A stretch of DNA of 64,000 nucleotides, taken from positions 62,001 through 126,000 of the forward strand of contig NOWV01000101.1 of NCBI GenBank assembly GCA_003344405.1, read 5' to 3'. Numbering within the stretch: the first letter of the stretch is position 1; each line of letters starts with the position of its first letter. A model generated the notes under the pieces. It saw only the letters and a program-made list of their open reading frames with translations, had not been told where the DNA came from and ran no database searches. The position numbers and the translations under genes were made by a program. Source of the DNA: Trichoplax sp. H2 (Eukaryota). This document shows positions 14,997-27,462 of this stretch, one piece after another.

Positions 14997-16609
14997 TTTA
15001 TTTTATTTATATAGTGTGAACCAGAGGTTCGAATATACGCGTGTTATTCATAGTGAAATTGTCAGCAAATATTTCAAATACAATAATATTGAAATTTGGT
15101 TTTCACCGAAAAAAGAATCTAACGTTTTAATTTGTTAGTTTAGTACTAGCATAGTAGCTATAATTTTAAGCTGCGTATTAAACAGTATAACTTTTTGTAA
15201 GATTTTTTAAAAATTCGCCCACTGAAATCCGTATTTTCCTCTCATTTACGAATCGATAAAAGGCAACATCATTTGAAAATCAATGTAACGAATAGTGTTA
15301 GTAGCTATAGTATAGCCATATAGTGATAAGAATGACTAAATTAAGTATATGAAAAGTGCAAACAATAGTGCGTTATCTTACATATGATGTTTTCAAATAA
15401 TAGAACGGAGGTGCAATGGTTATAATTACTATACGTAGAAGAGAATGACTTTACTGTGTTAGTAACGACGATTTTTACAGATTTTCTATGATTTGTACTC
15501 CATAAATCAACAAAAACGGTCAGAAAAACAATTGTAAAAGGGCGAACATATCTTCTAATGACGCTTTCACAAATACTATGAGCATTGCCATTATATCTAA
15601 TGAGTCCTAACAATTCCTGTGTTGAGATTAAATTTCTTTCGGGAGATTCATAATATACGCGTACATATATATGCCATGTGTATGCCGTAAATAAATATAT
15701 ATTTACAGATAATATAGTCTAAACTGGAACAAAATATGAAAACTTAAATAGCAGTCATGAAAATTATGCATTAAAAACTGACTCAGCTTGTAGAGCTGAT
15801 AATTACACTATTGATACAGTTCATTCTTTCGTTTATCACACAAACGTTACCGATATGTGTGATTCATCAAGTAGGCTCCTAACGAGAAACAAAGACAAAA
15901 ATTTATTAATATGCGATAAAACTCTAATTTTAAAACCACATTTTTATACAACAAATCAATAAACAAACACTGAAAACACGTAGCTAACTTCAAATATCAT
16001 GCTAAATTTGTTACACACTTTAGAAGACAGCTTAAGAATCGTAAGACTACTGCTTATACTAACAGTATTACAAATAGCCATGATGTTACCAGGACTTTTT
16101 TAATGCAGATGGAAGAACATGCAAGTTAGCTCTCAAAGAATCAATTTTATGATATTAACTGCAATTTACTACATGAAGGTTAAGTGTCTGTATTTTGATT
16201 AAATTGAGTATTTCAACGTACGTAAATCACCGTAAATGCGCGCAACTTATTAGATAGAGAATAGTATGTGATGTAATATTAACCGTACGTAGGTTGGAAA
16301 TAGCGACAAAAACTATAGCTATTACAAAGTCATCAACATATATATGCGTTAAAAATGTTGCAATACCGATGTAATCTTCTTCTACAGGCAACAGCGTAAT
16401 CGGACTTTGCAAAAACTACATAAGCTTTTTGCCTCTTAGAATCCATTTGGAGACTCTATTAAAATATACATAATATATATTTAAACAAAGCAATCACAAT
16501 AGTAAAACAGTATAACGTATGATGTCAGCACGTCTATGACATTTAAGCGAATCTGAAACTTTCAACTCCGTAACCTAACCAATAGAATATCTTCACATTT
16601 AACTTACTT

Positions 16610-19600
16610 CTACCGGTCCGATATCTGATAAAATCTTATAAAGTTTGCGGTAATTCGTGTTCGGCGAAAGGAAACCAATAACCAGCTCCCGTCTGTCTTC
16701 ATTGCTGACTTTGTTATTAGTTGTGAGCACAACTGATGAGCGAGGTGGTGATTTTTGTTTGCGTGATTGCTCTCTTGCAATTGTGACAATCTAATAGATA
16801 CGTCAATAAACATAGCAGTTAAATAGGAGATAATTAGATATCATTTTTAGATTACCATGATCCTTTAGGTGTGCTATACGATAATTAAAAGTACAACACA
16901 CTACAATAGATTAAATTTTCGACATTCGTGTCTCACCCTTGTTGATTTGGAAGCCTTTTGGCGGGTTCCATGATGTACTGTCTGGTGAATGTTCCGCTCC
17001 TCTCTGCGAGATACATCCTTCACACTCTTATCGTATCGATTATGACGTTCTCTTTTACTGAAGCTATGGTGACTCGGTCTCGAGCGATCTTGATTTGGGC
17101 GCGAAGGTCGCTTAGAATCATCTAATCTTTCCATTCTATAACGCTTCGCTCTCCTTGGTGGATAGCTATCTTTTATAGGTCTTTTTGGAGGAGGCGGACT
17201 TCGGCTTTTCTCACTGAAATCACTTTCTTCCTCTAAACTAATACTTTCTCCTCCAATAGAGTGACTATTCTCTCTACTTGCACTCCTTTCGTAGTTTTCT
17301 TCACTAGATTGGTCGCTTCGATCAGATATATCTGATTCATAGTTGTCGCTGCCATTAGTGGAGCTACCAGTAAAACTTCGACTCCTACTGGATGAGCTCC
17401 AATCGCGTTTAGGGCTCTTCGAAATAGAACGTGCCGATTTATACGGTCGATATCGACGTCTGCTAGAGTCTTTCCTAGAACTTCTCCGACGATCATACGA
17501 ACTACTACTACGCGATCGAGACCGCGATCGTGATAGTGATTGCGATAGTGAACGTGAACGCGATCGAGATGGACTGCGATTACCTCGAAGCACTCTCTGT
17601 TTTCGCCTTTCTTCAGATCTTTGCAACTACAACACGATATTAATCACAATAATATCTAATTAGATGATACATGGTGTAACTATAGTACTATCGTGCCTAT
17701 CAATATTTATTACCTGCTTTTGCATCGTTTCGTATAACTGATTATTTTCAGCCATTTGTTTACTAAGTATTTTAGGCTGCGTTTGAGACATATCTTGAGG
17801 CTTCGTTGGTGCCGGTGTTTGGTTCACCTGAAACTGCATTTGTGGATTATTTAGCCATGGCATATTTGTAGGAGGTACTGGTGGAGTATTTACGGTAACC
17901 GGTGGCATCTGCGGAGGAGCAATGCCAGTTTGAAATCTAGGAGGCCCAACGGGAGGCGCAATTGGCATTTGATGAGGAGGTTGAGGCACTGGTTGTGGAG
18001 GAACTGGTGTATTCATCCTCTAAAAATAGTAGTGAATATGATTTAAAAGAAGGCATAGTAAGAATTTTATGCATAACTTTAAATGTTTATAAAAGTAGCA
18101 TCAACATCCGTAAATATTTGAAATGCTACGAAGTTATCTTACCTGAGGATTTCCCAAACGATTATTGATACCTAATCTCGAATGGACAGAAGGAGGAAAG
18201 TTTGGTGCATTTGGAGGACGAGATGGTGGTTGAAAATTTTGTGGTCCATTTCCAATAGCTCCTGAATGACAACCATACATAGTATATTTTGATTCTCCTC
18301 AATACATTGATAGTTATACGAAAAAAATGCGGGACAAGTTACAATGCAAATAAATTCTAGTCCTTACCTCTATTTGCTAAGAATTGAGGGTTAACGTGGA
18401 TATTCCTTGGCTGATGTGGCGGGCCTATGGCAAGGATATTTAAATCATCTTTTTTGAAACGCTCAACAACTCTAAGTAAATAATCTGTATTTTTAATAAC
18501 GTTGTTACTGGTGATATTACCGATCTGACCTTGCTGCGGTCTCGGTTGAAATAACGGACGAGGTGCAAAAGGTCGCATATCAAAATTTCTCTGATTATTA
18601 ACCGGATTACTTCGTGGCATTTGAAATGGAGCTGGAAATCTACGTAATACAAAGTACAACTTATCGTATTGTTTTAATGTAGTATTTTTCTAGGCTTTAA
18701 TATAATTTAAAATTCATAATAAATAGAATGTTTCTACACGATCGACACGAAAATAAGCCTAACCTCTTTTGTCCTTGTTGACGATGGCCGAACTGTTTAG
18801 GGGTATTATGCCAGTTTTTGTTCAATTTCTTTTTCTTATTATCTTTTACGTTTACGTTCTGAGGCATTTTTATTGATCCAGACTTTATATGTTCATCTAA
18901 GGAAACATCCTTAATATCTAGAAGTTAAAGTTATTGTTAATGAATCACTGAAAGCTATTGTATTTCGTCGCTATAGAATATTTATTACTGTAGAACATAC
19001 GTACTTGCATGTCTGGATTGATCACTTCTTGGAACAACAACGGTCGTAGATGAACGCTCAGAAGCAAATTTTTCCACTCTTTCAGAGTTATCACTCTCTT
19101 CGCTGTCGAAATCAAGAAATTCTTCATCATGTTTTCGCTCTTCTATGAAGTTAATCAGACTATTGGTTATACATTTGTACCAGAGACTAGTCCCTATACG
19201 TTAATCTGTATGCGATCACCTGGGATATCGTCTAGTAGATCATCAATACTAGCTGAAGTTATATTTTGTGCGGTTTCTTCTTGGATTCTGTACACAGTAA
19301 GAAATGGCAGTTTTGAATAATTCAGCGTGATTGATACCATTCACTGACAAATGATAATATTACTTACTGTTCATTTTTCTCTTCATCACTGGAACGTAAC
19401 AGTTTATCCTAGAAATAAATTGAAGGATTGAATTACAAATAAATATGTTAACAGAAATCGACATCAGTATAATTACCTCGTCCGCATACTCAACATCACT
19501 TAGATCTTTCATAAGATCAGCCTTAAAAAGTATAGAATCATTGTTAAAATTGCCATAAAGCTCTGATCTCAATCTTACGCATAAGAAATATACTAACCTC

Positions 19601-19954
19601 TGTTTCTTTGATTTCAATACTGTCACTTCTATTAGAATATAATTAATTATATAACGATTAGTAGAGTAAATCTACGTCATTACTAAAATGTTAGCGGTAG
19701 TAAGTTATGAAATATACACGAATAAAATAGACAAGAATACAACTTGTGCCTAAATACCGTGTATTTCGAAAAGTACTTAATAAAAACCTATTTTAAGAAT
19801 AGATTATCCAATAGACGCATTACCTTGATAAGAGGTCGTTGGAATTAGGCAAAGCCTCAGCCAACCCTCTTTCGCTGTTGCCATTGGTACTATCTACTTG
19901 TGCAGATTCCGATGCACTTGCTTCAATCACTACGTTAACCTGTGAAGATTGCAT
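16610..19954 (-). CDS. Low-complexity nuclear protein: acidic N-terminus, Pro/Gln-rich centre and long RS domain; RBM33-like motif
   Basis: Multi-exon ORF from a probable ATG at 19954 (MQSSQVNVVIE...) through DDEEFLDFDSEE, PRNIHVNPQF and Pro-rich exons (17660-18016 ORF). It continues into the RS exon (16901-17626 ORF) and ends in a last exon with TAG at 16610-16612. Start codon tentative. Confidence 0.7.
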
Positions 19955-20559
19955 TATCAAAAAATAAAAGTACAATAGAATGTTAAAAATTTGCAAATTA
20001 AAATTTATTACCCTTAAAGAAGTACGTAATAAACATTGGGTAAATTTATACCAATGGCCTTCGTTGACGTTTCCTATTTGCTTTTCTAGGACCCTTAGCT
20101 GCCTGCCTTGTACTCATACTTAAAATGAAGGCTTACCAATTGACGCTATTACAAGGCGATTACAATGATCACTCAACAACTATAGTTGGCGAAGTCTCGT
20201 GCTTTAGTAAATGAATGCACGAGAAACAACTGTAGCAATAGAATAACTTCACGATTCGAACCAATTTGGCAGCTTTTTTCAAAAAGAAAATTAAACATTT
20301 AACAAAGATATCAAGTAAGTGTAAAGCAAACTAAAATATAATCGGTAACGTCTACAGTTCGCTTGGCAGTTTATGTACCGTTCAACCATTTAAATATTTA
20401 AGATGAATCATTATAGTATGTAGTGATTGGTATAATTTGATAGGAACCAATATAGATCGATATTGACATATCTTTATAAAAATTGCAAGATCATCTTGAT
20501 CACGTAATGTTATCTTAAATCTATACGTTTATCAACAATTGCAATAGTATTATTTTAGA

Positions 20560-21706
20560 GTTTTTGTTGAGGAAGTAGTATGGAGCAAGTAGAGTTTGCC
20601 GATATATTTATATGTATTATAGACATATATAATCCAACGTGGTATCTACAGTAATCTATGTGAACGATAGAAAAACAGGTAATATTTTATAAAGAGTACA
20701 AAATGTAGATAATACACTTGATGTTGAACTGTGTAATAATTTGCCATAATATATATATATATATCATTAAGCGACATATCTTTGCTACTAATAGGGACTA
20801 CTCTTCTTTGGAGTACTCCCTGTTATTAATTTGTATCAGTATCATTAGCGGAGCAAAGGATATCATCTTAAAACAATTCTACTAATTACTCCAGTTGCTG
20901 TTACAAATATCAATCGTACATCAAAAACATGTAAGTTCATTTACTACCAATTTAAAATGACATCATTCTCTAAATTAATCAGTTTGATAGTTGATGTTGG
21001 GACTAACTAGAGTATCATCACTTTACAAAGAGAGTAAGTCATATATTATAGTTTATGGTGCTGTTCAGACGTCAATTTTCTATAATTGGCATACAGATTG
21101 TTAATGAATTTTTACAAACGCAACATATGTATGAAGCAGATAGAAGTAATAAATCTACAGATCGTATTACTATGCTGCTTTTGAGATATAATAGGTGAGT
21201 AGGGTAATTCTTTGAAGTCTCCTTTTAAATTATAACTGTTATACGCATATCAAGATCAAGATCTTTAAATTGTAGTCATTTCCTCGGTAGGTTTAGTGTA
21301 CTATTCGACGTAAATTAATAAGTTCATAAACACTGGCTTAGCATTTTCAGCTGGAAATAGCTTATACAATTACGAACAATTTTTCTAGAGAGGTGGATAA
21401 AACTGTATGTAATACAAGGCATTGAAGCTATGCTAATATACATTTCAATTTGTAAAGCTTCATCCTTGTTTATATCATTTAGCTATCTCCATTAAAGTAT
21501 TTCCAGTTTATGGCGTAATATTAACAATTTTTGTAACAACGAGAAATGGCTGTCCCATTCAAGGTCATTTCAAATAATAGCGGGATATAACACGGTTCTC
21601 ATTGACTGAGATCTCATATGTGATCATTGTCATACGTATACACAATACTAGTGCATCTTTTTTCTATGCAGGTATTCATCAAGTAGCAAATAATGAAAAA
21701 AAATGA
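20560..21706 (+). pseudogene. Possible decayed multi-exon gene fragment with cadherin-repeat-like remnants
   Basis: Several AG...GT-bounded blocks with stops or frameshifts. Fragments FADIFICIIDIYNPTW, IYVNDRKTG, DYSSLEYSL and PVAVTNINR loosely resemble cadherin motifs (VxDxNDNxP, AxDxDxG, YSL). No intact ORF. Confidence 0.3.
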
Positions 21707-24700
21707 CCTGACATCAATTAAAATATTACAGCAATTCAAGTACTACTAATACATTATAAAATCTTGAGACGACTCATAATGTCAAGATAGATCAATTTGC
21801 TAGTTCTTATCACTAGTATATAGAGCATAGCAGAATAGTTTTCATTCTGCTTTGGCATATCATACCATATAGGATTAACTATACTACAAGATTTCATCAA
21901 GTCGATAAATTATAATAAGTTAGTCGCAAACACTAACTTGGTGCCAGGCGTAGTCCATTTATGGACTATACAATAAGATATAACTAGAAAAGTCATCTTT
22001 ACGAATTACGACTATATCATATCTGCTAATCGCTATGTTAATTAATAAACTAAAAGATATAGGAAGAACTACAAATATGTCGCACTTAAATCTATAATTT
22101 AAAACAATACAAAATTTACATACGCGTAAATCATGTAATAGTAACAGTGTAATTGATTTGCTATGCTATGTATTACACGATTACAAACTGCTAAATTCGT
22201 TTACAAGACACGTCCTATGATAAAGATTAGAAAGACTATTAAATATCTACAGTAAAATCTTAATTGGATACATACATTAAATTAAAACACTTTGAGGCAG
22301 TTATTAATATTCAAGGTGTTAGAATATTTTCACAGGGTTTATCAAACCTGTTGTTTTAAGTATAGCAGATACAACCATCATTATAAAAGATAGATTATAT
22401 CTAATATTACCCAAATTACATCGGTAAAGGCAAATCAATACTAATGTCCATCCTAATTAGCAGATTACAACTTTAGTCATAATCATAGCGTCAAAACATG
22501 TCTCTACTATTATTATCATTAATCACAGATTAGAATTATCATTTAGTCGGTAGTTTGAAATTATTTTGGTCGATCTTAACAATTTGATACAGTAAACGAG
22601 TCGTACAGTATGATACTGAAAAGTGTGCACTCATGTCATCTCTGATATACTTTCACTGAATCTCTAGATATATATATTATACAGTATATATACATAGATA
22701 GACAAAGAGAACGGAATCCAAAAAATCAATATTGATGTCTTATATAGTACAGATCGGCGTATGTCTCTAATGCTGAGACATGAGCAATATGATAGATGTA
22801 GCATTATAAGTTTATGTATAATTTACGACAATTAAATACGTTATATCCTATCGCCAGTACCCGCTAAAGTTACATACAATCTTTAGCATCTGTACTGTTG
22901 GCAATATTTTAAATAATTTATAGTGCCAACCTGATAGTTGTATTTGTTGAAAGATAGCTGATTACTCACTGCGCCTCAGTATAGTATTGTTGATACTAAT
23001 CATTGCCGGCAAACGAAGCTATCAACAATTTGAAGATTGAAAACAGCTTTGCCTATGGCGTACTTCATTGCCATTGTAAAATAAGCATACGCACGTCAAT
23101 ATAAAATATAATATAACTATAAAAATTGGCTGTAGTTCAAGGTACAATAGATTGATTGGTTTGTTCATAAAGTTAACAGGAAATGGCAGTCAAGACGAGT
23201 ACAGCGAGAGTACAGGATACAACAATACATCCAAGGGAATTGATCACCATTTTAGGCTTGGTAGTTTTTTTTTTTAAAAGTTGGTTACTGAATATTATAC
23301 GAAAAATATCATCCATTGGATATAGATATAATACTACCACAATATACTATACACAAACGTTATAGTGTGTACTTTGAACTATTGGCCTACATAGACAGTA
23401 GAGATTTCAAAGGACTTTGTATAATAAAAAAGGATTTTTTTCTATTGGAACAACTACAAGTTGTTCTTATTTCCATGTACAGTAAATCGTTCTTGTTGAA
23501 AATATATAAAGTATGGTAATTCATTCAGCGTTATTATAGAACGCTATTTTCAAATTGAAACTATTTCAGTAAAGGAGAAATTTTTTAATGGCATCATGTC
23601 AATGGAAAGTGGTGCATAGATTTGATAATACGACATCATGATTTTGGAAATTCTATCGGTTGGTAAGAAAAGTAATTGATTTGAATACTTCGATCAACGG
23701 GGCAGCATTGTTGTTACACGTTCAATTAGAACGGCAAGGAAGGAAAATCTCCACATGCCTGTAAACTTCAAGCAGTTCTACTGACAAGACATCATTGGCT
23801 TTTCTCTACATGTAGCAAGTTAGTTGGGTGAACGATACGATGCTCTCGTATCACCACCACCAACAGTAGTTATAACAATTCAATTTATACAAACGTTACA
23901 TTTACAGTACAGTTCTTCAAAAATGATTCTACTTTCAAGTATATGGTCAATATAATGCAGTTTACAGAATATTTTATTTTATGCTTAATCAAGAATATGA
24001 GTTGAAAAACGAGGTCAAAGAAGAAATTCTTACTTTTACAAACTCTTCAACCCAGTTTTATTGAGAAAATCATTAAATTTATCCAGTGAGTCTTTCAAAG
24101 GGCGACAAGATCAATTTACCACGGTTCTTATAATAATAGCAGTGAAGAAAATTCTCTAGCAAACGATGGTCGATGTTAACAATTTATAAAAAAAGGTGTT
24201 GAAAATAACGATAACCAAGTTGTTGTCGATGAACGCTGAAGAATATCGTCGTTTAATAGTAATGTCCTTGTTTTTATCCCCCTTTCAAGTCCTTGATCAG
24301 CTTTTTAGTATGACTAGAGCCAATTCTACAGTCGAGTAGAGCGCCAATAATTTGGAAAAAATGTCTCAAAGAAAAAAAATTGCTTGGTGCCTTGGTCTGT
24401 GGTGCACCACGAAGTCAACGAGTTTTCAACAATGTCTATGCTTTTGACTACACAGGATAGCTCATGCCGCACTGCCTTGTGGGGATGAGAAACTTCCTGA
24501 ATCATCTGCTGTTTGGTTATTTGGCACAACACTGGTATGGCACCAGACTTGCCAACCACCCCTGTACAGTGTACACTCTACAGTCTCTATACAGTACTGT
24601 ACTGTAGGGTACACCAGGGAATTTTGCCCACCTTGCTAACGGTTTTAGTATGACAGCCATGGGCAAGTTTATTGTTGTGTTGTAACTAGAAGACCAACGT

Positions 24701-24938
24701 CTTCTTCCCCATAGTAGTCCATCATTGTACAGTACTAATAAAACAATCAATAAAATGCAAAAACATGCACTGTACTCTACGTTAGCATTGCATGACTGCG
24801 ATCCTGTTTAATGCAGCAACCTCTTATTTGAAGGAATATTGCTTGCAAATTTTATAGGATACTAGATTTACCGGTAAACAAATTGATTTACACTAGGTAG
24901 TGGCAGCAGCGACTTCCAAGAGTATTTCTGTTTATAAG

Positions 24939-25328
24939 TCAATGCAGTATACTGGGAGCTACTCTAACGTATCACTTATACAGGTGATCCGTTTTCTTCG
25001 ATAGGCTTGAATAGTAAAAACTATAAACTAAACGCTTAAAAATGACCAATCGTCATGAACCTTCCTATACAGATAGGTCTGTTATTATAGTCAAGAGCGA
25101 TCCGTACATATTAAAACCATGCATTTGCGATCAATGCAGTACACTGGGAGCTACTCTAACTATCACACTTATACAGGTGATCCGTTTTCTTCGATAGGCT
25201 TGAATAGTAAAAACTATAAGTTAAACGCTTAAAAATGACCAATCGCCATGAACCTTCCTATACAGATAGGTCTGTTATTATAGTCAAGAGCGATCCGTAC
25301 ATGTTAAAACCATGCATTTGCGATCAAT
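24939..25328. repeat. Tandem duplication, 2 copies, about 192-bp period
   Basis: TCAATGCAGTA(T/C)ACTGGGAGCTACTCTAAC... begins at 24939 and again at 25131; the copies differ by only a few substitutions and indels. Confidence 0.9.
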
Positions 25329-25552
25329 TTGATACAAATTGATGTCAAAATTGGTATATCCAATGTATCCCGATCACGTCGTCAATTGAAAGCGAGTGCG
25401 ACTGGGTTTTGACCACAGGCCTGGCCTGGGGCCCAGGGGGGGTTGCTTTTTATTAGCTCTGACCGGGGACTTCTAAAATAATTTGGATACGGTACGGTAC
25501 GATACTGTTGCATATACTGTACTCTACTGCACAGTACTGTACAGTATTACAT

Positions 25553-25603
25553 TAGTCTAGGACTGACAGTCTCCAGGACTGACAGACTGTCAGTCCTAGA
25601 CTA
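25553..25603. mobile_element. 51-bp miniature inverted-repeat element with perfect 20-bp TIRs and 6-bp TSD
   Basis: TTACAT [TAGTCTAGGACTGACAGTCT ccaggactgac AGACTGTCAGTCCTAGACTA] TTACAT; absent from duplicate copy B. Confidence 0.85.
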
Positions 25604-26652
25604 TTACATACCGTGGTGGAGGAGTCCTGGTGATTTGGAGATTGGCAGGCAATTGGCTTTTATGGAAGCTGATTGATTTATTTACAAATTCATTTTTTCT
25701 CCAGTTTGATCATAGAAAGCTGTTTTAATCAAGATGGTAATATTCTTCACCAACTGTAATAAGACATCGTTGTAATAGTAAGTCTTGGACGATGGTTTTA
25801 CAAAAGCGTAATAAAAAATTCACGAAATGGATACAGAATTTCCGGGTTAGATGCCGGCAGCAATTAGCCAAGGATATCGCTAGGTAGGGGCTGGATGCGT
25901 TATAAATAAATATCGACATCATGAATTACTAGTCGACGNNNNNNNNNNNNNNNNNNNNNNNNNNNNNNNNNNNNNNNNNNNNNNNNNNTCAGTATGTGTA
26001 TAAGTGTCACTGTCATAAAAAATCAGTGCTATATTAAAATACAGTATATCCAAATTAGAAGTTAACTAAATAAGGATAGTCTAACAGAATTATCCTAACA
26101 TAGTTATTTCTACTGTAATACAGTATTTAACACTGTAACAAGACGTTATATCGATCGTTATAAAGTTGTGAATTATAGTTGTGAATTATAAGTGTGATAG
26201 AGTGGAATAGGCAATCATACCTTAATGCTTGCTTCTGGATAGCTATAGATAGTATTGTAAATAGATACGTATTTAATGGCTCATGTAATAAAATAAAGAA
26301 TCNNNNNNNNNNNNNNNNNNNNGGTCTGTTATTATAGTCAAGAGCGATCCGTACATGTTAAAACCATGCATTTGCGATCAATTTGATACAAATTGATGTC
26401 AAAATTGGTATATCCAATGTATCCCGATCACGTCGTCAATTGAAAGCGAGTGCGACTGGGTTTTGACCACAGGCCTGGCCTGGGGCCCAGGGGGGGGGGT
26501 TGCTTTTTATTAGCTCTGACCGGGGACTTCTAAAATAATTTGGATACGGTACGGTACGATACTGTTGCATATACAGTACAGTACTGTACTGTACTCTACT
26601 GCACAGTACTGTACACTGTACTGTACTGTACAGTACAGTACAGTATTACAGT

Positions 26653-27269
26653 TAGTACTGTGGACGTTAGCCAGTTTTAATGAACTGTACGAACGTCCAA
26701 TTTGAACGTCGGACGTTCATTGAACGTACTGTACCAACGTACACAGTGTACAGTGTTAACACTACAGTATATACGTAGTGTACACTGTACTGTACAGTAC
26801 GGTATAAGACTATACTATACACTGTACTGTACATACAGTAGTACTGTACTGTACGTAACAGCGTACAGTACAGTATACTGTAGTCATGACTAGTACTGTG
26901 GACGTTAGCCAGTTTTAATGAACGAACGTACTGTACGAACGTCCAATTTGAACGTCGGACGTTCATTGAACGTACAGTACCAACGTACACAGTGTACAGT
27001 GTTAACACTACAGTATATACATAGTGTACACTGTATTGAAAGTGTTTGTAAAAGACGTTTGTACTACTGTACTGTATGTACTGTATAGTATTGGGGTGGG
27101 ATTATACAAACTGACTGTACTGTACAGTATACACTGTACAGTACTGTACACTGTACACTGTACAGTACAGTTCGTCGACGTCCGATCTGACAACGAACGT
27201 ACAGTACATACCGAACGTCCAAAATCGAACGTCCGTTGGACGTCCAATCGCTCGACGTCTACAGCACTA
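26653..27269. mobile_element. 617-bp non-autonomous hAT-like DNA transposon (15-bp TIR, 8-bp TSD, subterminal GAACGT/GACGT repeats, duplicated left end)
   Basis: TSD ATTACAGT at 26645-26652 and 27270-27277. TIRs are TAGTACTGTGGACGT and ACGTCTACAGCACTA (13/15 match). A second left end starts at 26891. Absent from copy A. An 8-bp TSD with TAG ends is typical of hAT. Confidence 0.8.
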
Positions 27270-27462
27270 ATTACAGTACATACCGTGGTGGAGGAGTCCT
27301 GGTGATTTGGAGATTGCAGGCAATTGGCTTTTATGGAAGCCGATTGATTTATTTACAAATTCATTTTTTCTCCAGTTTGATCATAGAAAGCTGTTTTAAT
27401 CAAGATGGTAATATTCTTCACCAACTGTAATAAGACATCGTTGTAATAGTAAGTCTTGGACG

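Noticed and set aside
15020-15040. GGTTCGAA T-loop-like motif (tRNA)
   Set aside because: No cloverleaf stems or A-box; lies in the GTPBP10 3' region.
17233-17663. Overlapping and antisense ORFs (RDRDRD/LLL-rich)
   Set aside because: Shadow frames of the RS-domain exon.
18425-18440. ATATCCTT on the minus strand as a U12 donor
   Set aside because: It lies just before an AG acceptor inside an ordinary GT-AG intron, not at an exon end.
23500-24570. Possible decayed transposase or hAT end (…CCAACCACCCCTG)
   Set aside because: No recognisable protein motif, and no matching opposite TIR or TSD found by eye.
25792-25883. Separate gene or alternative BTBD8 first exon
   Set aside because: Part of a gap-bounded duplicate; treated as allelic pending long-read evidence.
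26667-27305. ORFs rich in Y/T/V/S/C on both strands
   Set aside because: Translation artefacts of TACAG/CTGTA repeats within a non-autonomous element; no transposase motifs.
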